A stretch of DNA of 64,000 bases from a virus. The notes beneath the pieces are model-generated. The model was not told the DNA's origin. It searched no databases and worked only from the letters and a program-made list of their open reading frames with translations. Location: the IMG/VR virus record IMGVR_UViG_3300023296_001674; one strand, 5' to 3'. Made by a program: the position numbers and the translations under genes. Each line of letters opens with the position of its first letter. The stretch's first letter is position 1. Positions 26,175 through 35,698 of the stretch are shown piece after piece.

Positions 26175-26611
26175 TGCCACATGACAAAATTATAAAAGCG
26201 CGTGAAGAAATGCGCAAATCATATGGTTTTTATGGAAAACTATTAGATGTGTTTGATATACACGCAACTGGCAATGATGAACAACCTGTTTCGACCATTG
26301 CTATATATGATAATATTATAGAGTATAATCCTGATTTTATAAATGATTTAGAACATGATCAAATTATATTTGCTTTGGCGCATGTTATATTGCTTATGAT
26401 ATTCAAATGCAATGAACGTCGTGGTGATCGTGATCGGTTAATATGGAACAGTGCGTGCAATTATTCAATTAACAATATACTTGTTAAACAAAACATAGGT
26501 CGCAAGACTAATGAATGCTTGCTATCTGATGATTATGATGATATGATAATTGAACAAATTTACGAAGATTTAATATCAAAAGGATTCAATTATGGGCAAG
26601 GTAAAAAATAA
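26174..26611 (+). CDS. DUF2201_N-like putative metallopeptidase-domain protein with degenerate HExxH
   Basis: ...YNPDFINDL....IIFALAHVILLMIFKCNERRGDRDRLIWNSACNYSINNIL follows the family pattern (..HE.lH....H..R.....lWn.A.D..iN..L), but HExxH is replaced by LAHVI. Confidence 0.45.
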   Translation: MPHDKIIKAREEMRKSYGFYGKLLDVFDIHATGNDEQPVSTIAIYDNIIEYNPDFINDLEHDQIIFALAHVILLMIFKCNERRGDRDRLIWNSACNYSINNILVKQNIGRKTNECLLSDDYDDMIIEQIYEDLISKGFNYGQGKK

Positions 26612-26639
26612 TAATTGAATATATTATAGAAAGGACTTT

Positions 26640-27083
26640 ATGATGGGTAAATCCATTTCACAAAACCGCAAAGTGCGCCATAACTATACCATTGATGATG
26701 AGTATGAAGCGGGTATTGTATTACAGGGCAACGAAGTAAAAAGTTTGGCTGTTGGACAGTGCAGCATTGCTGAATCGTATGTTACCATTGAAGGCAATGA
26801 AGCATTTTTGGTTAATGCGCATATTGATCCATATGATTTAGGTTCTAAGTTTGTGGCACAAGAGCCACGACGTCGGCGCAAATTATTGTTGCATAAACGC
26901 GAGATAAAGAATTTGCTTGTCAAATCGCAACAAGGGGGTTATACTATAGTTGCATTATCGATGTACTTCAATGACACGGGCAAGGTAAAACTTAAAATTG
27001 CCACTGCCAGAGGAAAGAAGAACTACGATAAGCGTGCCACGGAGAAGCAACGTGATTGGGATCGTGATAAGCGCAATTTATAG
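26640..27083 (+). CDS. smpB: SsrA-binding protein SmpB
   Basis: NRKVRHNYTIDDEYEAGIVLQGNEVKSL....I.ESYV...........H.DPY.......EPRRRRKLLLHKREI....K.QQGGYTIVALSMY....KVKLKIATARGKK.YDKR matches SmpB end to end. Confidence 0.9.
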   Translation: MMGKSISQNRKVRHNYTIDDEYEAGIVLQGNEVKSLAVGQCSIAESYVTIEGNEAFLVNAHIDPYDLGSKFVAQEPRRRRKLLLHKREIKNLLVKSQQGGYTIVALSMYFNDTGKVKLKIATARGKKNYDKRATEKQRDWDRDKRNL

Positions 27084-27097
27084 GAAAGGTTAATACA

Positions 27098-27457
27098 ATG
27101 GATTCAGTGTTTATTATTTCATCGACCTCGGCTGGATATGAACATTCAGATACTGTGTTACAGGGTGCATGTTTGACTATGCAAGACGCAATAATTTCAT
27201 TGGATCGCGTTAAAAAATGCATTGAGTTTGGTTACTTGAAAAAATTATTTAAAAGATATAGCGAACGCAAATATAACGACAATGATGAAAATTTATATAT
27301 TAACGTCGTTTCACCAGAATATCGAATAATTGTCATGGAACAATATAACCAATTTGTAAAAAGTATGACACACAATGATGATATGTATTCTTGGGATTTG
27401 GGGCACGGCGATTGGATGGATTTGTTTATCGAAGAAGTTGAATTTTTTAATAGTTAA
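27098..27457 (+). CDS. Hypothetical protein
   Basis: GAAAGG RBS. No motif recognised. Confidence 0.5.
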   Translation: MDSVFIISSTSAGYEHSDTVLQGACLTMQDAIISLDRVKKCIEFGYLKKLFKRYSERKYNDNDENLYINVVSPEYRIIVMEQYNQFVKSMTHNDDMYSWDLGHGDWMDLFIEEVEFFNS

Positions 27458-27471
27458 GAAAGGAAGACAAT

Positions 27472-28503
27472 ATGTTTAATTTTAAAGATGTAGGATGGAA
27501 AAAATTAACGGCAGTGGGGACAATTAGTTTCTTTGTTATATATTTCATTGTTACGAGCATTCATGTTCAATACGCATCGGTTCGACCACATGTACTCAAT
27601 GAAAACATTATCGTATATGATGAAATTGATGTTGTTGGTTATCGAACGATTTCTGCTGCAAGGCAGCTTATCACAATGTTGACTAATAAAACTGGTGGAT
27701 ATATGTCTAACGACAAACTACCACCATATAGTTGGGCTGATGATATGCCTAATTGGGAGTTTGGTGTTATTAAAGTTCTTCGTGGTTATAACATTGTTCT
27801 TCGTGAAAACTTTACACGATCACAAACACAATCAGTTGAAGATAAAGACGCGGTTGCAGCGATGACTGCACTTAACGTAGACAATCTTTCATGGATGTTC
27901 CCATCAGTTGAAGGGTGGCCTTGGACAAAGGGCGAGTATGTTAAATCCAGCGAATCGTTGTTTGCACTTGAAAAACGATTACTTGATAACAATCCTGCCG
28001 ACGGAAACTTTTTCACACGTGCTACATCGTTGGCGACATTTATTAATCGCAGCAATAAAGTTTTAGGTAGCCACAGCCAACTATTATCGGCATCTGTTAC
28101 CAAAGAACGCATTAACACCGATATGACGGGTGACAAAAATGCAGAAGAAGCCAAACCACAAGAATATATCAACTCTGATATTTTAACATCGTGGTTACAA
28201 ATCGATGATAATTTTTGGGAAGCACAGGGTTCAATCTATGCATTGAGTGTTATCCTTAAAGCGATGGAAAGCGATTTTTATAAAGTGCTTGAAGATAAGA
28301 ACGCACTGCCAGCGCTACGCCAGATCATTGTTGAACTGGAAACTGCTCAGGGATTGGTTTATTCGCCACTAATTATTAATGGTGCAGGTTTAAACTCGAC
28401 GCCTTATGGACTTGGTGCAAACTATTCGTTAATTTTGGCAAACTACGTTAGCCGTGCAAGTGCTGCATTGACTGATTTGGAAAAGTTGCTTAAAAACGGA
28501 TAA
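27472..28503 (+). CDS. Membrane-anchored protein, DUF2333-like (tentative)
   Basis: N-terminal TM (LTAVGTISFFVIYFIVTSI). NDKLPPYSWADDMPNWEFGVIKVLRGYNIVLRENFTRSQTQSVEDKD resembles my recollection of DUF2333 proteins. Unverified. Confidence 0.45.
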   Translation: MFNFKDVGWKKLTAVGTISFFVIYFIVTSIHVQYASVRPHVLNENIIVYDEIDVVGYRTISAARQLITMLTNKTGGYMSNDKLPPYSWADDMPNWEFGVIKVLRGYNIVLRENFTRSQTQSVEDKDAVAAMTALNVDNLSWMFPSVEGWPWTKGEYVKSSESLFALEKRLLDNNPADGNFFTRATSLATFINRSNKVLGSHSQLLSASVTKERINTDMTGDKNAEEAKPQEYINSDILTSWLQIDDNFWEAQGSIYALSVILKAMESDFYKVLEDKNALPALRQIIVELETAQGLVYSPLIINGAGLNSTPYGLGANYSLILANYVSRASAALTDLEKLLKNG

Positions 28504-28509
28504 TAACAC

Positions 28510-28537
28510 TTGACGTAATGTAGTATTATGTTATATT
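28510..28537 (+). promoter_or_regulatory. sigma70-type promoter candidate
   Basis: TTGACG (28510-28515), 16 nt, TATATT (28532-28537). ATGTAGTAT box at 28518-28526. 33 nt before the ATG at 28570. Confidence 0.5.
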
Positions 28538-28569
28538 GATAATGAAATTGAAACTGTAGGAGAGATTAG

Positions 28570-29649
28570 ATGCAAGAATTTGAAACACAGATTAAAGAAA
28601 TTAGACAACAGATTAAAAATGGTGATGTTGATCAGGATGCGATTGCTGATGTGTTACAAAAATCTGGTATGGATATTGGTGATCTTGGTATTGACATCGA
28701 TATGGAAAATGCCAAACTTTCTGATATCATGCAACAACAAGAAGTTATGACTGGTAACATTGCTGGTTTGATTGTTGATTTGGATGGTGTTACCTCTGCC
28801 TTTGGTAGCCAGTTTAATGAAATGAAAGAAAAAACTGCGCTTGAAACGATTGTTGGTATTTTTATGAAATCCAAATCGATTGAAATGAGCCAAACACGTG
28901 TTCGTAATACTGATATCAGCGGCAACTTGAATGAGTTGATTCGTAAATCAGATACGATCACAACCATTCTCCAACAACAGTTGGAAGTTCTGGACGGCAG
29001 ATTTAATATTTCTAAAGACAGCCTTAAAGGCGTATTATCTGATCGTGAACAAACTGTTGGCGAACTTACTGATACACGTGAAAAGATTTCGGCACTTGAT
29101 CCGAGACTCATTGAAGCGGAACAAGCAGTTGAAAACGAAGCAGACCCCAAATTGCGCACACAAAAAGAAACTGCGTTGCAATTGTTGAATGAAGAATACA
29201 ACACACTTGTTAATGATGAGCAGCGGCTTACTGCACTTTCACAGACGCAAGAAAAATATGTGGAAATGTATAAAACGTTTGTTGATTCATTGGAGAACCA
29301 ACGTTCTACGCAGATGGTGTTGATTGCCAAGTTGCAAACAGACACGAAGCATCGTACTGTATTATATGATGCGTTAGCCAAATCATTGGTTACTGCATCA
29401 CAGCAAGAAGTTGCTCATAAAATCAACGACATCGGTTCAGCGGTTGATAATGAATCACAAGTAACAATGGCAAATCTTGGTTCGGCGGCAAACAATCGCA
29501 TGGCAGATATGATGGAATCACATGATGGCAATATGCTCGTTGCTAAAAAGGTTCAAGAAGAGAAAGCGAAAGCGGATGATCGTTTTGAGCGACGGTTTGG
29601 TGAAATTATGAAAAAGCACGATGCTGGAGAATATGGCAAAGCTGCTTAA
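28570..29649 (+). CDS. Coiled-coil protein, TelA-like (toxic-anion-resistance family) tentative
   Basis: 359 aa, the size and all-helical/coiled-coil composition typical of TelA/KlaA/YaaN. Local resemblance IVGIFMKSKS...LNELIRKSDTITTILQQQLEVL. Unverified. Confidence 0.4.
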   Translation: MQEFETQIKEIRQQIKNGDVDQDAIADVLQKSGMDIGDLGIDIDMENAKLSDIMQQQEVMTGNIAGLIVDLDGVTSAFGSQFNEMKEKTALETIVGIFMKSKSIEMSQTRVRNTDISGNLNELIRKSDTITTILQQQLEVLDGRFNISKDSLKGVLSDREQTVGELTDTREKISALDPRLIEAEQAVENEADPKLRTQKETALQLLNEEYNTLVNDEQRLTALSQTQEKYVEMYKTFVDSLENQRSTQMVLIAKLQTDTKHRTVLYDALAKSLVTASQQEVAHKINDIGSAVDNESQVTMANLGSAANNRMADMMESHDGNMLVAKKVQEEKAKADDRFERRFGEIMKKHDAGEYGKAA

Positions 29650-29686
29650 TCAATAGTTTTTATCTAAGATTAGAAAGGGATAGATT

Positions 29687-30844
29687 ATGAATAATGCGCG
29701 AGTAGTACAACAAGCAAATGACGAACACTTTGAGTTAACTGACAATGCTGAAACGAAAAGATATTTTGCTAAATTCTCGCGCATTATTTCCCTTTTGAGT
29801 TCGATATCGGAATCAGAACGCAAAGCACATAAAGAAGATTATGAAGCCGACATTATCATTGATGAATTAAGAAAGTTGTCGAATACATTCGAAGCATTAT
29901 CGATGAAGTATTTGTTTACAGGTGTTGTTCACAATAAACTACCAAAAAATCTTGAGATTGACACAACCGATTCTGGATTTCCGGTATTTCATGAGATATT
30001 ACAACTTGAAAATGATATGAGCCGGGCAACTGATGAATTTGATTCGTTGCCAGATTTTAAAACATTTAAAGATGATATGATCGATCACATGTTAAAGTAT
30101 CGCACACCCGCCCGTGAATTGCAATTTGGTATGTCACAAAAATGTTATTATGATTTGTTGACGCAGCGACGCATGTTTGTTACACGCAATATGCCAACGA
30201 TTGTTCCAATTGCAACAGAAGGCGACAACGAACTTACTTCAAAAAATAAAAAATATCTTATTCATTGGAGTGTTTATGATAGCGCCAAAAACTATCCTAA
30301 TGTTTATATCATGGTTGTAGAAGATTCTGCCAAACGTTTTGGTGAGAATACATTGTTGGACGATCCTGAAATATTGAAAGAACTTAAAGATACCATTCTA
30401 AATCAATCATTGTCATCATTGAAAATGGTAACGATTGCGATGAATATCGACAAAGATTTTGAACACTTGCATCCATTAAGTTTGAAACGGATTTATATTG
30501 GACCAATGTATAGCAATCGTTATACACACCACAATGATAACATCCAACGGGTTCTTAAAGAAGCAAAGCAGGGTTCAGATTGGGTGTTTGCATGGACGGT
30601 AGAAACATTGCTTTCAAAAGGAACCAAGACAATCAAGAAAGGATTGTTTGGCGACCAATTGCTTCAAGTGTATTATGTTGATCAGCACGATCATGAATCA
30701 TTCCAAAGCGGTAGCACTGAAACTGAGTATCATATGGTATTACCATACGAATCGTATCAGTGTTTACACGAAGACCCAACCAATCCATTGCATGGAATTT
30801 TCATCAAGGTGGTTGATAAAGATGGGCGGATATTGGAATTATGA
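29687..30844 (+). CDS. Hypothetical protein
   Basis: AAAGGGA RBS. 385 aa with no motif recognised. Confidence 0.55.
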   Translation: MNNARVVQQANDEHFELTDNAETKRYFAKFSRIISLLSSISESERKAHKEDYEADIIIDELRKLSNTFEALSMKYLFTGVVHNKLPKNLEIDTTDSGFPVFHEILQLENDMSRATDEFDSLPDFKTFKDDMIDHMLKYRTPARELQFGMSQKCYYDLLTQRRMFVTRNMPTIVPIATEGDNELTSKNKKYLIHWSVYDSAKNYPNVYIMVVEDSAKRFGENTLLDDPEILKELKDTILNQSLSSLKMVTIAMNIDKDFEHLHPLSLKRIYIGPMYSNRYTHHNDNIQRVLKEAKQGSDWVFAWTVETLLSKGTKTIKKGLFGDQLLQVYYVDQHDHESFQSGSTETEYHMVLPYESYQCLHEDPTNPLHGIFIKVVDKDGRILEL

Positions 30845-31068
30845 TACATTTTGATTTTGTATTAAGTGATGTCGATGCAGAGAATTTAATGTCTTTATTC
30901 GGTACTGCTATTGGCAATGATAATAATCAAATCATGAAAGAGATGGTTAAAGACGACCATGATGTTGATATCATTAAAGCATACAAACGCGATATTGAAT
31001 ATTTAAAAGAGTTGAAACTCAAAATGTCGAATACGCGGGTTGCAGAAAATGAAATCATTGCCGAGTAA
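30841..31068 (+). CDS. Hypothetical small protein
   Basis: ATGA overlap with the upstream stop. Confidence 0.5.
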   Translation: MIHFDFVLSDVDAENLMSLFGTAIGNDNNQIMKEMVKDDHDVDIIKAYKRDIEYLKELKLKMSNTRVAENEIIAE

Positions 31069-31252
31069 AGGTCATTTATTTTGGCGCAAAGAATTTTATT
31101 CTATGTGTTCTAAACATCAGATTAATAATCCCGATTGTTCATTGTGTAAAAATGGTAGATGGTGTAATGTATGGAAGCAGCACGTATCGCATATAATATT
31201 TATGATTGCTCCAGAGTTGTGGCGTTGGTGGGTTAATAAAAGGAGATCGTAA
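31049..31252 (+). CDS. Hypothetical Cys-rich small protein
   Basis: First ATG of the ORF. CSKHQINNPDCSLCKNGRWC. Confidence 0.4.
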   Translation: MKSLPSKGHLFWRKEFYSMCSKHQINNPDCSLCKNGRWCNVWKQHVSHIIFMIAPELWRWWVNKRRS

Positions 31253-31253
31253 T

Positions 31254-31439
31254 ATGGCATCATTTTCAAAAGAAGAATACATTGCTTATTTGACTAGCAA
31301 AATGAAACATCGATGCACAAGATATAAACGTGCTTCTGATGATAATCAACTTATCAAAAATGATTTGGATATCATATACGATGAACTATCAGAGTTGGAA
31401 ACAATTATGAATAGTTCTAGAGACACATTTTACTTATAG
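31254..31439 (+). CDS. Hypothetical small protein
   Basis: ATG 31254 lies 7 nt after AAGGAG. The listed 31206 start overlaps the upstream gene. Confidence 0.5.
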   Translation: MASFSKEEYIAYLTSKMKHRCTRYKRASDDNQLIKNDLDIIYDELSELETIMNSSRDTFYL

Positions 31440-31450
31440 GAGATTGTGAT

Positions 31451-31660
31451 ATGACTTTATTATATTTTAATGACGAAGAAAATGCTGCGATTGAAGAATT
31501 GGCGGCAAAACAAGGTCTTAGTTGTGCTGGTGTGTTACGCCAAGCAGTTCGGCTATATCAACAAGCGCACCATGAACTTGAAAAGGGAAATCAACTTGGT
31601 TATTATAATGCACAAGGGAATCGAGTGATTGATAAGCCGTTTGGATGCATGGGCGATTAA
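31451..31660 (+). CDS. Ribbon-helix-helix (CopG/antitoxin-like) DNA-binding protein, tentative
   Basis: TLLYFNDEENAAIEELAAKQGLSCAGVLRQAVRLY shows the beta-strand, helix, helix pattern of RHH proteins. TAGGAG RBS. Confidence 0.4.
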   Translation: MTLLYFNDEENAAIEELAAKQGLSCAGVLRQAVRLYQQAHHELEKGNQLGYYNAQGNRVIDKPFGCMGD

Positions 31661-31668
31661 TAAAGCAC

Positions 31669-31696
31669 TTGACGAATATTGTATTGCGAGTATAAT
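31669..31696 (+). promoter_or_regulatory. sigma70-type promoter candidate
   Basis: TTGACG (31669-31674), 16 nt, TATAAT (31691-31696). Confidence 0.55.
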
Positions 31697-31739
31697 GTAA
31701 TCAAACGCCCTATAATGAATGAAATGGAGATAAAGAACA

Positions 31740-33662
31740 ATGGATAAAAATTTAATGGAAATCAAAGAAGCAGACATTCTTAAACATTATACATCGGTGT
31801 TTGGATTGGTTACTGACTTCAGTTATACTCCTAAAGCCAAAAAAGATTCAGGCACAGAAGAAGTAGTTTCCGATACCACATACGTTCGTCGCACTAAGCG
31901 TTCTCATGTGTCGGGTATTAAATCAACTGGTTCTAAATCTAGTGTTGCATTAATGGATACAATCGAAGGCGTTGATGGTGATGATCCGTTGATTACCGAA
32001 ATTCAAAGCCATATGATTCGTGTCATTCGCCGTGCTATGGCTATTGCCAGTGAAGTGGTAGACGTGTTTGGAAATTCAACTAATCTCAATCGTCTTAAAG
32101 AAGCAAATGGCAATGGACGTGTTTCCGAAATTGAACGAATTGAATTTCAAGAATTATTGAACACTGCGTCATTGATTGGATTGTTTGTTACCACAAGTTA
32201 TGTAACATTTATTCTTTCTGATTATATGACCGACAGTGACACCATGCAAATTTCCATCGATCCAACCGAAGAAATTGTAATTGACAATCCGGTTATCGCA
32301 CTGAAAGGCGCACTATGGGAACTTGATGACAATATTAAAAAATACGCAAAAGATGATATTACGCTAGTCCGCGTAGTGAAAGATTATTTTGCACAGTTGA
32401 TGGCTGAATTGCAAATTCGTAAATCAGGAATTCGTCACGCCGAAGTATTCATTGACAATAACTATCGGGTTGAAGAAGATAAATTTGACATCATTGGTTT
32501 TGATACAGCCAAAAAAGGTAAATCAACCAAACTTATTATGCAATTTGTTAGACCAGATCAAGTTGTTGGTAATCACATCGCGAAATATCAAGCATTAAAA
32601 TTAGCAAAAATGGTTGCACTATATGATTTCACACGCCAACGTAATCCGATATTGGATGTTGCTGGATTTCCACTTGGTGTTATTGGCGACGGTAATCCTG
32701 GAACTGGTAAGACAACTCTTTATCAAATGTTTTGTGGATTGGTTAATGATTATGCACAGGCGCAAAATCGCCCATTCGTTGTTGAAGTGTTTACGCCTGA
32801 TATGATTAGTTCATATCAAGGTAAAACCGCACAGAACGCTAAACAGGCGCTAACAAGCGGTATGGACCCACACGTATTCGGCAGTGTGCTGTTTGATGAT
32901 GTCGATCAAACGACAGCAAGCCGTGGTGATGATAAAGCATCCGCTGGACAACAAGAAGTAACGTCGGTTCTTATGGAAACACTTGCTGGTGCCAATACAA
33001 TCATCCGTGGGAACGCTTCTGCCTTTTTGTTTAGTAATTATCCAGAAAAAGTAGATGACGCCCTACGGCAGCGATGTGGGCTTCGTTGGTTGGTTGATGG
33101 GCCACAAACATTGGAAGATTATCAAGATATTCTTGCTTTATTGTTGGGTAAAAATCATACACTTGACTTGGGTGGTATTGAGTTGTATACTACACAAGAT
33201 ATCAAGAAAGCGATTGGACGTAGTTACGAGAAGCATAATCGCCCCACAGAAACTGCATTGATTGAAGTATTTGATCGCGTAGTTGATGAACAGGGCGAGT
33301 TGAATACCATCGAAAAAGTTGGTATTTACCTGAAAGCGATTCAAGGTGCTGATCCACGATTTACAGGTCGATCAATTAAGAATATTACCGATACTTGTAA
33401 AATGCGTTCGGCTGATTTTGAAGTTCCTGACGAATGGGTTGAAAATCCAGAAGTATTTGTTGAACTTGACTATGATCGCAAGGTTGATATGCTTAAAGAG
33501 TTAGTTACGCCTATTACAAGCGAAATGGTTTTACAAGAAACTAACCGTTATGCTGATTCAGAGTTTCGTTATTCTGATAAAAGCGATGAAGCCGAAATTG
33601 TAAATATGGTTCGTTATCACCATAATAAAACTGAGGCTGACAAACGTATCAGAAATGATTGA
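31740..33662 (+). CDS. Classic AAA-family ATPase with ~300-aa unknown N-terminal region
   Basis: Walker A GDGNPGTGKTT, Walker B VLFDDVDQ, FLFSNYPEKVDDALRQRCG (ATN.P..LD.A..RR-type second region of homology). Confidence 0.75.
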   Translation: MDKNLMEIKEADILKHYTSVFGLVTDFSYTPKAKKDSGTEEVVSDTTYVRRTKRSHVSGIKSTGSKSSVALMDTIEGVDGDDPLITEIQSHMIRVIRRAMAIASEVVDVFGNSTNLNRLKEANGNGRVSEIERIEFQELLNTASLIGLFVTTSYVTFILSDYMTDSDTMQISIDPTEEIVIDNPVIALKGALWELDDNIKKYAKDDITLVRVVKDYFAQLMAELQIRKSGIRHAEVFIDNNYRVEEDKFDIIGFDTAKKGKSTKLIMQFVRPDQVVGNHIAKYQALKLAKMVALYDFTRQRNPILDVAGFPLGVIGDGNPGTGKTTLYQMFCGLVNDYAQAQNRPFVVEVFTPDMISSYQGKTAQNAKQALTSGMDPHVFGSVLFDDVDQTTASRGDDKASAGQQEVTSVLMETLAGANTIIRGNASAFLFSNYPEKVDDALRQRCGLRWLVDGPQTLEDYQDILALLLGKNHTLDLGGIELYTTQDIKKAIGRSYEKHNRPTETALIEVFDRVVDEQGELNTIEKVGIYLKAIQGADPRFTGRSIKNITDTCKMRSADFEVPDEWVENPEVFVELDYDRKVDMLKELVTPITSEMVLQETNRYADSEFRYSDKSDEAEIVNMVRYHHNKTEADKRIRND

Positions 33663-33678
33663 TTGAAGGGATAAAATA

Positions 33679-34956
33679 ATGCAATTACTTGTCGATAATG
33701 AGTTAAAGTATGGAAATTTGTTGTTGGTTGATTCTGCACATTTAATCGCACGGTATAATCGTGCATTGAATGTTATATGTGGAAAAAAGACCGAGTTGGA
33801 AATTTTTCATATTGATGGCAGTGGATATAGCCCCGAAGTCGCGAAAGAACTCGACGATAAAGAATATATGAATCCACACGGTGTTAATAAGAAAATCATC
33901 ATTTTGTCATTAGAACAAGAAGGTCTTCCAGTATTGGATTCTTATTTCTCCACTACACGTGATTTGATTAGACGATTTATTCAAGATAATAAATCTGAAC
34001 TTTTTGCACTAACGAGTCGTGATGTGGTTTATGGCGAACTGGAGAATTCAACATTCAAAATTGAAAGTTTCACGGATTTGCTATGTATTAAACGCATCAT
34101 ATTTGAAATCAATACAGTTGGTGATTCCATCAAAAAAGGAAAACAGCTTACCAGTTTGATTAAATCATTTATGGTTAACGATAATATGTGGCATGATGAA
34201 AAAACGGTTGAAGAGATTATTGGGTTATCATCTGTGGTTGGTGATATTCGTCGACACCAAGTGACGCCGTCGCACACCGAATATAAACAAATCAATTTTT
34301 ATTCACGGCATTACGGCGGCGTATATGTATTCAATCACGACAATGGTGATTATACAGTTATTGCGCATGAAGAACAATACAGAAAAGAGGCTGAAACTTG
34401 TCATTTAAATGTTAAATTCATCCACATAGATGATAAAAAAGAAGTGATTGCATTTTTAAAGAAGAATAACATCGTTGAGATGTATAGTGATCGATATTTG
34501 CGCAAGAATATAGATTTGATGCGTGAAAAAATTAATTTCATCGCAATTGATCATATGTCACAGACGCACACAGACGCAGATTTGACGGATATTAGCGATG
34601 ATGAAATTAAAAAATATATTTATGATCACTATGATGAGTTACCTAAAGAGTTCCGCGTTCTTTCAAAAGCAGTAAAATTGATTGATAACGGATATTCTGT
34701 GGATTTGGAATCTGGTTCTGATGATATATTTTTCTACTTTGCTCGTTCTAGCGATCACGATCTCAAAGATTTGGTTAATCAATTGATTGCGTATTACACG
34801 CCGTTAGATTTTCTAAATGTGTTTATATCCAACAAACGTGCTTTTTATGAGTTGTATGACGAGTGGTCCAATAGTAAAAAATCATTTGTTGTTAATTACT
34901 TGGTTAGAGAATATCAACAAGATAAACACAGAATTAAAGGTAAATTCTTTGGGTAA
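33679..34956 (+). CDS. Hypothetical protein
   Basis: GAAGGGA RBS. 425 aa with no motif recognised. Confidence 0.55.
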   Translation: MQLLVDNELKYGNLLLVDSAHLIARYNRALNVICGKKTELEIFHIDGSGYSPEVAKELDDKEYMNPHGVNKKIIILSLEQEGLPVLDSYFSTTRDLIRRFIQDNKSELFALTSRDVVYGELENSTFKIESFTDLLCIKRIIFEINTVGDSIKKGKQLTSLIKSFMVNDNMWHDEKTVEEIIGLSSVVGDIRRHQVTPSHTEYKQINFYSRHYGGVYVFNHDNGDYTVIAHEEQYRKEAETCHLNVKFIHIDDKKEVIAFLKKNNIVEMYSDRYLRKNIDLMREKINFIAIDHMSQTHTDADLTDISDDEIKKYIYDHYDELPKEFRVLSKAVKLIDNGYSVDLESGSDDIFFYFARSSDHDLKDLVNQLIAYYTPLDFLNVFISNKRAFYELYDEWSNSKKSFVVNYLVREYQQDKHRIKGKFFG

Positions 34957-34972
34957 TGCAAAATATCGATAT

Positions 34973-35614
34973 ATGAAAACTCGCGAACAACAATGGAAAT
35001 ATGATGTTGAGGCAGTAATATGTAGATTGGAGCAATACACTAAACTCGCAGTGCATAATATATATAATTTTTCTCACGACCATGAAGTAATGCGTTATGG
35101 ATTGTATAAAACATGCAATTATAAAATGACAAAAAATAAATGGTATGTTACATTAATGCGGTGGATTAAAACTGAAGATGTATTTGGGCCGTTTGATTCT
35201 AAAAAAGAAGCAGAAGAATATATCGAAATTAACCATGTTATATATTTAACATCGGGAACCAAATTTGATGAGTTAAAAAAAGGCAACGCAATGAATAATT
35301 TAGAAGCAGAAAGCAAAGAAGCAATCGTGGATTGGATTAAAGAAAATAGCGGATATGTGTATTCACAATTTACATTTGTAAAACAAACCGAAGACGAAAT
35401 ATTACCAACAGTTGACGAGTTTGAAAAAAATTTATATAATGTAGCTGAATGGTTGCTTGAATCCGAAGAAGTGTTATCTGATGAAAATAGAGACAATTAT
35501 CCAGATGCAGAATATCATCAAAAATATATTTTTGGTCCACTTGATGGTAATTTATATGCACACACCTTTTCAAATGAAAGTGGTGATATTCTATATGTAG
35601 TTGTCGGATCGTAA
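34973..35614 (+). CDS. Hypothetical protein
   Basis: First ATG downstream of the upstream stop (34956). The listed 34817 start overlaps by 140 nt. Confidence 0.5.
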   Translation: MKTREQQWKYDVEAVICRLEQYTKLAVHNIYNFSHDHEVMRYGLYKTCNYKMTKNKWYVTLMRWIKTEDVFGPFDSKKEAEEYIEINHVIYLTSGTKFDELKKGNAMNNLEAESKEAIVDWIKENSGYVYSQFTFVKQTEDEILPTVDEFEKNLYNVAEWLLESEEVLSDENRDNYPDAEYHQKYIFGPLDGNLYAHTFSNESGDILYVVVGS

Positions 35615-35698
35615 AAATAATCTATATATATTAAAACCGTATAATATAACTGATAAATATATCATAAATATTAAACCGAAACAGTTGAGGATAAAACA

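Noticed and set aside
28632-29381. 249-aa ORF on the minus strand, antisense to the TelA-like gene.
   Set aside because: It lies entirely inside a better-supported + strand gene, which has an RBS and a promoter. Its S/C/N-rich, low-complexity translation with no start context is typical of an antisense frame left open by the codon bias of a K/E/Q-rich coiled-coil gene.
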